A DNA stretch of 64,000 nucleotides from Macrostomum lignano. Taxonomy: Eukaryota. The position numbers and the translations under genes are program-made. The notes under the pieces were generated by a model, which searched no databases, was not told where the DNA came from, and saw only the letters and a program-made list of their open reading frames with translations. The stretch spans positions 1 through 64,000 of the forward strand of contig NIVC01002050.1 in NCBI GenBank assembly GCA_002269645.1, written 5' to 3'. Positions 23,479 to 34,900 of this stretch are shown piece after piece (within the stretch, counting starts at the first letter, position 1; each line of letters opens with the position of its first letter).

Positions 23479-24617
23479 GTGATCTGTTGATACCTTGTTG
23501 CTTGCTGATTAGGATATTTCTGTTGTAGCTTAAAGTTGTTACTTGACGGCTGATTTGACTTTGGTTGGTTCTGCATAAATTTCTGCTGCTGGTAATACTT
23601 TGGTTCTGGCTGGTTACCTTTTGGTGGTAATGATTGCTTATTTTGATGGCTTTCAGGCTGTACTAAGGAGACTTGCTGACTACTCACTGGTGCTTTTGCC
23701 AAGAGTTGCTGTGTCTCACGGACTTGTTGTGCAATCTGCAAGGCCTGTTCTGCTGTATCCAAGTTGGTGAGATTTGATAGATGCTCCATGACCTTGAGGT
23801 CATTGATGCCAGTTATGAACTGATCTAAGATCATGGTTTGCACAACTTCAGTAGCAATTGCATCTGGGTAGGCCTGGATAGCCAGGTTTTGTAAAGCAGT
23901 AAGAAATTGCTCAAATGTCTCTGTTGGTTTCCTAGATAGATTTCTAAGTTCACGGCGTAGAACAACATTGCTTTTCTCACCATGGCGGCCTCGGAGAAAT
24001 TCTGTGCATTCCAAGAAAGTGACATTTGGAATATTTTCTAATGGAGTGTTGACAGGCACACCATGCGTTACATAAATAGTTGAGAGCCACGAGCGATAAG
24101 TACAAAATGCTGATCCTAAGAATGCTGATAAAGTTTGAATTTTAATTGCTTCAGTTAAATTTGAAAACCTACTGATGTAGCTTTCAATCCGGCATAGGAA
24201 ATCCGCAAAATTTTCTTTTCCATTAAATGGCATTGGCTTTGGAATTGGCGGCAATTGAATTTGCATAGCTTGGTACTTAGATTCAATAGGTTGCAAAAGA
24301 TGACTAGCAACTGGTAAAGAGTTAATTGGATATTGATTAGGCCTTGAATAGTCTACCGGATTTGTAACAGAAATTGAATCACATTCTTGGTTTGTTTGAG
24401 TTACTATTTTAGGAGCTTCAACCTTGGATTTAATTGGCTGAGCACTGTTATTAGCACTTTTAGATGGACACAAGTGTTCAGTAGCAACTGATGATAATGG
24501 CACTTGCTGACTATTTGCCTTGTTTTTAGTAGTAGACCTTGTCTTTGGTTTGCTAGTATTTGAAGCACTTTTTGTCTTTGTTAATTTGCCTGTAGGCACT
24601 ACTTTCTTTGGTGGCAT
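23385..24617 (-). CDS. gag: Gypsy Gag (capsid plus CCHC nucleocapsid)
   Basis: PMPFNGKENFADFL, RKPTETFEQF..ILDQFITG, and the zinc knuckle CFRCGQPGHVQRVC. Overlaps pol, which is in the -1 frame. Confidence 0.93.
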   Translation of the reverse strand: MPPKKVVPTGKLTKTKSASNTSKPKTRSTTKNKANSQQVPLSSVATEHLCPSKSANNSAQPIKSKVEAPKIVTQTNQECDSISVTNPVDYSRPNQYPINSLPVASHLLQPIESKYQAMQIQLPPIPKPMPFNGKENFADFLCRIESYISRFSNLTEAIKIQTLSAFLGSAFCTYRSWLSTIYVTHGVPVNTPLENIPNVTFLECTEFLRGRHGEKSNVVLRRELRNLSRKPTETFEQFLTALQNLAIQAYPDAIATEVVQTMILDQFITGINDLKVMEHLSNLTNLDTAEQALQIAQQVRETQQLLAKAPVSSQQVSLVQPESHQNKQSLPPKGNQPEPKYYQQQKFMQNQPKSNQPSSNNFKLQQKYPNQQATRYQQITCFRCGQPGHVQRVCPNLTQAGSGARPQPHH

Positions 24618-25000
24618 TTTGGCAGCAATTAATCAATTGATGATGATGATACTGATAGGTCCTTATTGGTCTCAAGAAGTCTTTGAATAGTTAATAATAT
24701 AATTCTTTGATGCTAATGCCAAAGGTCTTATTTGTTGACATTTAATAATAATATGTTGATAGGACTAAATTTCAATGAGAACTAGTCAAACAAGATAATT
24801 AATTTATAATAGCAATTAGGTCCAAATGAATATCAGTTCTTCAATAAGCAGATTGATATTATTGAAAATAGCTGACCAAAAATATTGTCAATTGTCTTTA
24901 TGATCCATTAGGCATAGACAGTAGGCAGTAGGCAGAGTAGAATAGGCAATAATGAATATACTTGACTTGGCCGTAAATGTGCAGATCCAGCGTTTCTTTG

Positions 25001-25015
25001 CTGGCGTGGTCGCCA
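25001..25015 (-). other. Primer binding site TGGCGACCACGCCAG, probably tRNA-Arg
   Basis: Begins TGG 1 nt inside the 5' LTR boundary; complementary to a tRNA 3' end ...GTGGTCGCCA. The tRNA identity is inferred. Confidence 0.75.
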
Positions 25016-25016
25016 A

Positions 25017-28000
25017 TGTAAAATAAGTTTCTTGAAGTCAAAGAATTCAAAGAATCGCCTTATTTTCGTTGTGATGACAGATGAATGAACGAATGCCGAA
25101 TGCGTTCTTGGCTTGTGGATGCAATGCGCCTTAATTCATTTCATTTATATATTTGTATTCGTATCTGAACAATCTATGTATAGTCAAGGTAATTAAGAAT
25201 TTTCTAAATAATGTCTCTATCTATTATTGAATTAAAACTGGATCGCCTGGAACTCTGGAACGGCTATGCAACCCTACAACTACAACTACTACGGCGCGCA
25301 GGAGAACTAAAACCAAAACACAGCGCATTCGCGTTTGAAATACGATAGGAATTAGCATACAGTAAAACAATAGTAGTAAAGTACGTACAGTAAGAATCGC
25401 GGAAATAGAAACTCACTACTGAATAAATACTAACTAAATAATATTCAAGAATGCCGGACACATCATAAAAAGTGCGGAGATTTAATTGATACATAAAAAT
25501 ACTTTGGGTCGTTCTCAAAGTTTAGTCGTAAGCAGTGAAACAAATATTTTTGAAAATCAGCCTGAAATATTGAATCTTTTCTTATTTTAGCTCTAAAAGG
25601 ACTTAAAAAATATATGCCTCTCATGGGTCTTAATCTATTTTAACATTGAACTTTTGATGTTAATCTCATCAGAGTGCGCTATTTCATTTTTCGATGTATA
25701 TTTTTATTATCGCACGAGCTATAATACCCACTTTAGAGAAGCTACATTCTGTTCACGTGGTCTTATTAAAGAAGAAAATTGATAAATGTTATTTATAACT
25801 TTGGTTAGCACAACCTAGAACCCATTTAACTCTTTCGATTGCAAAGCAGATGTTGCTATTTCGATTTTTGCTAGAAACGTAACATTATGAATGATTAAAA
25901 AATCCACTTTTAATTAATTTGTTCTGTTAATAGAATAAGCTAATAGCTGCGTTTTCTGCTGTTTTTTTAAGAAAGATAGTCATATCTAACACTAAAGTAT
26001 CAATTAAGGCAGTTTCATTCTATATTAAAAAGAAAAGTTAAATAAATTCAATTTTAAGTTTTTTTCAATAGCACAAAATTAACCTAACAAAGAGAGATTT
26101 CGCTGACAACAACAAAGCAAGTAGCACCAAAGTTATTTTAATTTAAAGTCCTCATCTGTGGGATGAGAAAAAGTACCACTTTTTTGTCTCTAGTTATGAA
26201 AAAAAATTTTCTCAGCACATTGTTAGGTTTTTTGGATGTTTTTTTATGTACGCTCGTATTTAGATGAATTTTTGCTATTGATCACCCAATATGTTAGTCA
26301 GAACAAACAGAATTTGATTTATGTAGATAAAATTGACTATTTTTCTCTTAAAAACAGTCGTTTTTTGTTGTTTTCACACAATTTTTTTAACTGATTTAAA
26401 ATTTGTATTGTAAGTTACAAGTAAACATAATGAGTCAAAACAAGAGGTAGTAGAAACTGAAAAGAAAATAAGAGTAACGAATAATAAAAAAAGTTGCATG
26501 ATTTGATTAGTCAAGAAATAGTATTAAAACAATTTTGCATCTGATTTATAATCAATGAAATTAGCTGTCTGAAGCACAAAAATTAATTTCTTTGAAACAT
26601 TAAATTCATTCTCATATGTTCTGCAATTCATTAAAGATATACATGTAGCAACTTAAACATTCAGTTGATACTTTTCACCTTTGGATGCATATAGCTACTA
26701 ACAAGAAAAAAGACAAAAGAAAAAACTTAATTGCCATTGATGCTGGCAATGTAATATTAAATATGGTACAGAAAGATGGAATCTCTACAGAGTGCTGCCA
26801 CACGAATTTTTGAAGTGTTTAACAGATAAGTCATGGCAGTACCATAACAGACATACTATATTTTATATTACTCCTCGATTGACAATTACGCTTTAGATAT
26901 GTTTTAGATGATGATTTTCCATTGGGACTAACTCTATATACCGAGGCCAGACACAGTTAAGTGCGGCTGACAGCACTGAAGCGGCGGTTAACAGAGAATG
27001 CGATGAGCTGTGGCCTGTGGAGACAGCCAGCTGATATACGAGCATCAGTAGAAGGGAAAGACATCCAATAGTGTCTTGCTATTGGTTTGTTACATGTACA
27101 GCGAACATCTACTTTTATTCTAATGTGATCGATTTAATTCTACTGACCCAATTGGCTAAAGCACTGTAAACTGCACACCTCTCGGACGGATATGTAATGC
27201 TATTTGCTGCACTTTTACCTGTTTCTCTGCCAGAACACCAGCATCATTGTATGTGCCACAATCTAAGATGTGCAGTGGTCCTTTGGATGTGGTTAGTTCT
27301 GCAGGCATCGACGTAATTTATCAAATGAGACGAATTGTATACCGAGCATGACAGCTAGTGCAGGGCCAGAATCGATTGCAGAGGTTCGCCAGAGCAATTG
27401 CAGTGATCCATGTGGCTGCCGAGTCAGACGTCTGTAATAGGCTAATTAACTTACCAAGACCAAAGTATTTAATTTAAATTTATAAGCTGTTCTTTTAGTA
27501 GTTATGCAGCCTAATTACATAAGAAAATAGTATAGTAAAATAGTAAAATAGTATTAAAGCTATGTTGCAGAATATAAATGCTTGCTGAATTATTTTTTAA
27601 AAAAACGCAAGTCTGTTCGAAAAAAGATACATGCATTTTAGGTTTTAAAAGAAATGGCTTCCTAGCTCGTTTACTATATATATTCTAATTCAAAAAAACT
27701 TTTAATGCTTTAAAAGACATATTTTGCAAGCCTAATTTTTAGCTAAACCAGTTTTGTATATTTTAAGCTTCATATTTCGGTGTTTAAGTACAATAATTAA
27801 GTTCTTGAGTGGTACAATATCAATTATTTCGGGTGTTTCTTGTTACGCGATAATTTTAAATACAAGCAATTTATACGAAAAAAACAAAATGTTGATTTAA
27901 AAATAACATTTTCTATTGAAATAATACTTATTAAATAGTAAACATAGAATAAAAGATGTATCTAATTCATAAAAAAATAAAAGAAAACTTGCATTATTTC

Positions 28001-28205
28001 ACAATTTTTGGTCGTTTTATTTTCCGTTGCGAAAAATAACAAATTGCTAGATTTCGTCTTAAATATTTGGTTTCTTGTGGTTTTAACGGCAGTTTTTTAA
28101 TTAAATTGACGAAAGAATCGTTTTTGCAAAATAATTACTTTATTCAAAAACTTTTTTTTCTGTACCAAAACATCATGACCTTAATTTGAGAACTACCCCT
28201 TTACA
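25017..28205 (-). repeat. 5' LTR, split into 25017-25505 and 28203-28205 by a nested TIR element
   Basis: The LTR reads ...ATACTTT, then the insert, then CTTT-ACA-CTAG. Confidence 0.93.
25506..28198. mobile_element. Non-autonomous DNA transposon (Sola2-like termini), 2693 bp, 14-bp TIRs, 4-bp TSD CTTT
   Basis: Left end GGGTCGTTCTCAAA; right end reverse complement GGGTAGTTCTCAAA; CTTT at 25502-25505 and 28199-28202; no long ORF. Confidence 0.9.
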
Positions 28206-28988
28206 CTAGCACTTAGCTACCAGCATTGCTAAACAGTAGTTTTGTTTATACTATAGATAGGCCTAGGCTTAGTCCAAAACTAATTATCTATGTACTAGGC
28301 CTAACAGAAATTTGATAGCTAGGCCTACTATATACCTACTAGCTGCCACTACTGCTTACTAAGGCTAGCCTGAGGAAAACTTATTTTTAAAAGAATAATT
28401 TCCTTTCCCTTGACTTTTCCAATTTAACAATAATTGTTAATAGCTGCTAGATATTAGCTAGGCTAGGCCTAACTAAAATATTTATCCAAGTTTAAAGACT
28501 AAGACTAGGGCCTAAGGCCAGGGGATTTATATGTACTCTAACTAAGCTAGTTGAGATTAATTTTATTGATTGAAATAAAAGTAGGCCTAGACTTAAAAAA
28601 TATTTATTTATTCAAGCCTAAGTCTAAGGTCTAGGACTAGCCTAGTTTTTGGCATTGGGATTGAGCTAGTCTTTAGTTAGGCCTATGCCGCCTATTTGAC
28701 CTAGCTAGCTAGCTAAATTATTTTATTGTGCCTAGGCCCTAATAATCTAGCTAGCCTAACCCTTGCATAGAATCTTAGACTATTTAAAATTAAGAAATAT
28801 AGATAAATAGTTATATAGACCTAAGCTTTTGAATCAACTTGACCTAGGCTAGGCAGTTAATATTTAGGCCTACTTTTATATTCAAACAGTTAATAAATTA
28901 AAATCAATAAAAAGACCTTCATAATAAAAAAGATATATTTGGCTTTTATTCAAAGTTTGGTTAGACTTTAAGGTCAAAAAGCTTTATT

Positions 28989-31900
28989 ATGGCAAAAGCA
29001 AAATATTCTGAAGGTAAGTAACCTAGTTTAGCTAATATTAAATATAATATTATTTTTTTGATTAAGTATATTTTGTGTTATTATAGTTAATACTTAGCTT
29101 ATTTTTATGAATCATTGGCCTAGCCTATTTTTATAACTTTAACTTTTATAGGCCTTATATAGCTTTTATGAGATAAGCTTTTTGAGTCTTTGGACTTAAA
29201 GACTCAAGCAACAACATTTTTTTATATTGTATATGGGTTATTCCATGATAGGGTCATCAAAGGTATAGAAATTTTTTTTTTAATTATTTGCAAACGTGAA
29301 TATTTCAATTTGCATATAATTATGTATAGTTTCATTTTTATGTAGTTTCATACACATTTATCTACCTCTAGGTATAAATATTTTGTTTTGATCATGGTAC
29401 CCTTGCAAGATTTTAAATGTCCCGCGGGACATTATAAAAAGTTAATCTAGTTTTCAACAAGAAAAAAAGTTAATAAACATAATGCATCAAGTGCATAAAT
29501 AATAAAAATCTTTCTTTCTTATATCTAAAGACTGAAATTATAAAGTTTTATGATCTAATATAGTTCTATCTATCATAATTTTATATTTTAAAAAGTTTGA
29601 CTTCCTTTTTCCAAGTGTTAAAAACGACCATCATTTTTTTTACAAAAAGTTGTTGTACTAATTTTCAAGAGGTTTATAAGTTGATAATTTTTTGCTGAAA
29701 TGTTTTCCAAGCCTATATTTAAGTTTATAGTCATTTTTGTTAGTGTATGATAAGTGTAACATGCTAAAAAAAACCTGCAAAGTTACCTAACGACCATCAT
29801 TTTCTGGTATTCTAAAATCTGTTGATCTTCATAAAACCTGAATTACTATCATTTATTCCTAAATTTTATACAAAAAACTGAATTTACTGATATTTTAAAA
29901 TCATGTCTTTTTAAAATGTGAATTACTTATTCAATTTCTATTTCAAAGTTTGTACAGTTTTGATTGTAAAGAAAAATATACTGGAATTCAAGTCTTTCAT
30001 TAAAAATGTATAAGTGTCAATTACTTGTTTGATACCTTAAAATCATTTTCAACCTGCACTATTAAAAAGTTTGTTCAAATTACTAACCATGCACCTAGAA
30101 CTCTCCACTTTAGTTTGCACTGCACCTTAACACATGCCTTAATCTTCAGCATTAGTAGTCTAACTAGACGTCAAGTCTTAGTCTTTAATCATGCCACGTC
30201 CAAAAAAAAGCCAGGCATTAAATAGTAAAAACTATCGCATAAAACATGCTGGCACTCTTAAAGAAAAGGAAAGGCTGCGAAGTGCTCGCCGCCGGAAGCA
30301 GCAGAAATCGGAGGCAACAATAAAGAAGGAGCGTGAGCAGGGCAGATTGCGCTACCAGGCCTGGTGTGCACGCCAGAAGGCTGCTGCTGATGCTGCTGTT
30401 CCTGAGCCCGATGCACAGGATGCATATAAAACGAAGCAGGCGACTTCTCGTGCATTGAACAAGTAAGTAAAAATATACAGAGCCTCTACTTTGGACATCT
30501 GATTTTTCATTTCCTTGATTAAACTGATTAATACATGTGGTTTCTAATTCTGAAAACTGCATTATGTACATTCGTCTACCCACACTTCTCAATCATAGGG
30601 CTCGCGATGCACTTCCAAGGACCCCTTCAAGGCGACAGACGATTCTGATGCGCCTGGTTCAAGAGAACAGTCTGCCACTTCCGAAGCCCATTGTGAGGTG
30701 CCGTCTACCGGATGAGGTCATTATGGACGTCACAAATTTCTTCCTAAGGGATGACATTTCCCAGTGTTCTCCTGGTCGGAAGGAATATGTGCGTGTCGAT
30801 AATGAACCCATTCAGAAGCGGTACCTCTTAATGAGTCTTAAGGAGGTGCATAACCTGTTCAGTCGCGAATCAGGGCACATTGTCTCGCTGTCAAAGTTTT
30901 GTGAGCTGCGCCCGAAGCATGTTGTGCCTTTCGGCAACACGCCGGTCTATTCGTGCTGTTGCCTCGAACACGAGAATTTTAAAAGGTACTTTACAACTTA
31001 AATTGATAAATCAACCAGTAAAAAACCATTAAAGTAAAAATTTTATTCATACATGTAACCTCTGTATTTTTCCAGCGTCTGCAATGCGCTGTCGCAGGTC
31101 ACCAGGCTTCCAGCCTATTCATCAGATTGGCTAGCCACGGTTGTCTACTGTAATCCTGCCACCCCACGGTGCGCCGTTGGCTTGTGCGATGTGTGCAGCA
31201 GCTCGGATAGTCATCGCATCCCCAATCCTGACCCTGAGGTTTTAGAGGATGGGGTCACCTTCCGCTTCTGGCAGCGCAACGAGCAGTCGCAGCGAATGGA
31301 GCAAGATGCCCGAGCCGTCACAGTCGACACGGCTCACAAGCTCCTGCTGGCGTTGCTGCCCAAATTTATTGTCCATGAGAGGACCAGAGTGCACCAGTCG
31401 GCCGCTTATCGCGATAGGAAGGCTGCTCTCGCTGAAGACGAGCAAATTTTTCACTTTGATTTTAGTGAAAATTATACCTGCGCGCACCAGGATGCAACAC
31501 AGCAAGCCTACTGGTGCCAAAACCAGGTGACGATATTCACCGTTGCTGTCTATCGCAAATCCTGCTCCATTATGTTGGCCCTGGTGAGCGACTCAACCGA
31601 CCACACGAAGTCAACAGTTTCGGTGCTTCTGTCCTACCTACTTCGGGTAATACGATAACTTGAAAACTCATTCCAAAGTTTTGGAAAACTTTCTAAAAAT
31701 CCGTTTTTTGCGTCACACAAAACCATATAAGCATAAATTTTCCCCTTATCCAGAGGTTCGCTACACCAGGCCAGCGGGTCCGGTTCTGGAGCGACGGCCC
31801 TGCGAGCCAATTTAAGAACAAGTTCATGTTCCACTTTACTGAATTGGCATGCCGTGAGTTCGAGCTGGCCGAGTTGTCGTGGGAATTCTTCGCCACGTCC

Positions 31901-34900
31901 CATGGCAAGGGGCTATCGATGGCCTCGGTGGGACTCTGAAGCGCTTTGCCTGGTGCGAAGTTAGAACTCGCAACGCTATCGTCCAGGACGCTGAAGACTT
32001 CGTTAGGGTTGTTGAAAAGTGCGATATTGACTGTCACCTGATTAAAAAGTGTGACATCCAACAGGAGTATGCTGATCGATTTCAACCAGCTCTTTTGGCT
32101 GCTCCTGAGGTATTTACATGCACTACCTGTAATTTTAAAATGAAAGTCAATAATATTGGAATTCGGTAGCAGAAAATAAATTTAAGTGTAATACAATTAA
32201 ATTTACTGAAAGTCCATCCTCAATTCTTCTGGCAGATTCCAGGCATAAAAAAGCTACACTGCTGGGTGGCTACATCTGCAGCTCCGCGTGCAGTAGGCTA
32301 TGCGCTGTCAGGGGTGGCCGAAACTGCACTCAACCCTGTGCAGTCTACCCGCCACCGGGCCCCTGTGGCAGCCAGTTCAGTAACACCAAGCACCAGGCCT
32401 GAAACTCAGGGTCTGCCTCCTGGTCAGCCGGGTTCCATCGCTATGCAACTCACCGTTGGCTGTTGGGCCCTTGTGAACTATTTTGGAGAGTCGTTTCCAG
32501 GCCAAGTTGAGGAGATCAAATCCGGTCCTGAAATGGAGTGGAAAGTTAACGTGATGGTGAAGAGTGGTGGAAGCTTTGTATGGCCTCGAAGGAAGGACTC
32601 AATCTATTACGCCGCCGAAGACATCCTCACTATTTTGCAGCCCCCTGTGCCTACCGACTCGCGTGGCCATTTTAAATTTTCAGATTTTTGAACTGCTTTA
32701 AGGACGTTTTTACTATCCATTGGTACTACTGCTTATTGCCTAACGAATAATCTGTATTTGCCTTTGGTTTTGTTAATTGTTATCTATTCTTTGAATTGTT
32801 GAATAGATTAGGACTGTCCATCTTTATGATCATATGTTGAGTTGTGCAATCATGAAGTGATGTTTTGTTGAAGGTGCATAAGTACGTTTGATCTGAAATG
32901 TGAAACAGGTATGATAAATTTTATGGTTAGACAAGCATTATATAATTTTAATATGAACAACTATGGATTATAAACAATCTTTTAACCGAGATCTTACCTA
33001 AAAATAGAGAATCCTGATACATTTTTTAAAACTGACGGTCGTTTTTTTGAAACAAACGACCGTCAGTCAACGACCGTCATTTAAGAAAAAACGTGCAACA
33101 CAGTTAAACTTATCTACTAAAATGTAATAATTGTTTGTAACTGTTTATCTAGCTATTGTTTACTACAATTAATGATCAATTGAGATAAAAACTTGCCTGA
33201 TTTGCAGAAATCTTAAACTTAAGTTAAAAAGTTGGTTACATAAACTTTCACCAAAAACGACCGTCATCGAAAGTTTCTCTCTGCTAAATCAACACAGTAA
33301 GACAAATGACTTTAGAATGTATCTCATCTCAATCTAGAGGTCACGCCCATAAATATAGAACTCACAAAGTCTCAATTTAGTTTGTCTTTTGTATGATTAC
33401 TGATTATTATTTGCTCCAACCCAACGACCGTCATCTCGTGGAATTACCCATATATATTGTAGTTGGGATAATGGGGGCTTAAGTTAAGATAAATGTTTTA
33501 TTTTAAATATTAGCCATATGAGGCTGGTGGTATATTGCAACTACAATAAAAAGTTACTAGGCCTATAACTTATAGAAAATTTATTTGCTATGGTTTGGAT
33601 TGGATATAGATAGATTCATAGGCTATTGGAAAATTTGAAATATAGGAATAATTTGGCTACAGTGGAATGCAACTTCCTAATGCCTCTATATATTTTCCAA
33701 GTATAATTGTATTGCTATATTTTTATTAGAAAAATTGTTGTTTATGCCTATCTCAAACATTAAAGTAAGAAAAAGTTTGTATGTTATGCTAAAAATAGAT
33801 TTTACTATTCTTATTTTTATTTTTATTAGCAATAATCTATATTTTTCTAATACTTTAATAGGCCTAGCTTAAAGTTAAAAGCTAGAATATCAAATTATTT
33901 TTTGATTTGAATTGTTAAAATTATACAATTTATACTAGCAAAATTTGAAACAAAAGTGCATTAAATTGCATAACATACTATTATACAAACATAGATAACA
34001 TCAAATATTGCATAAACTGTGTAATATTCAACAAGTAATTGTTGTGTGTTTTTATTAAATAATTATCAGGCAATTACAATTCAAGTATGTAAGTAGAGAT
34101 GTACAAACATTGGTTGTAGTTTTTAAATATTTTTAGTATTGTCTCAATTTCCTCAAAAAGTAAAAAAAAATCATGCACAGTATTCAATCCTTTGGTGTTT
34201 ATGGTTACTGTAATGCTACTTAACAAACTAATTATGCATCTCTTCTAAAGATTGCTTCAACTGTCTGTCACTTTTGCTCTTTAGAAGAAAAAATCCTGTG
34301 TTTCCATGGCCCACTTCTCTATGAAGCTAAGGTATGCTGTGCTTTGTTATAATAACATTTGAGGAATATTAACAAAATCACTTTTCTACCTAATCAATTT
34401 GTGTCTTCTATAAAAATGTTAATTCCATTCCAGTGCCTACGAGTGGACTTCAAGGATGGACAGATGAAGTATTTTGTGCATTATCAGGGTTGGAATAAGA
34501 AGTGAGCATTTATTGATTATTGAATTTTTAACTACTCATACTACTGATGAGCGACTGTTAGTAGTGTAGGATAGTAGCATATCACGCTCGTACAGCCAAT
34601 GCCAACCGATGCCCTCAGCTGGGACGAATGGGTAACAGAGGCTCGCATGATGAAGTTTAACGCTGTCGGCCTGCAAAAGCAGAAAGAGCTGAAAGAAGCC
34701 TTCTCCAAGCCGGGCGGTAAAAAGTTGCGCAAAGCGGAACTGCAGCGCCAGTGCTATCCCATGCCGGAGTCGCTGCGCCACCTGGAGGAGCGAATGCCAG
34801 CGGCTTCGTTAACAGCTTCGGCGTCAGTATCCGCCTCGACGTCTGCCGCCTCAGCCGCGTCGGAATTGGAACCGTCGGCGGCGACTGCCGCAACCGACTC

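Larger units (their letters stand above)
17775..28205 (-). mobile_element. Full-length Ty3/Gypsy LTR retrotransposon (includes a nested 2.7-kb insertion in its 5' LTR)
   Basis: TG...CA LTRs, 4-bp TSD CTAG (17771-17774 and 28206-28209), PBS, PPT, and gag plus pol in PR-RT-RH-IN order. Confidence 0.97.

Noticed and set aside
25506-33449. A single large transposon from 25506 to 33449
   Set aside because: Each end has its own better-matching partner and TSD (28198/CTTT and 29235/ATAT), and the MRG15 ATG exon lies between them.
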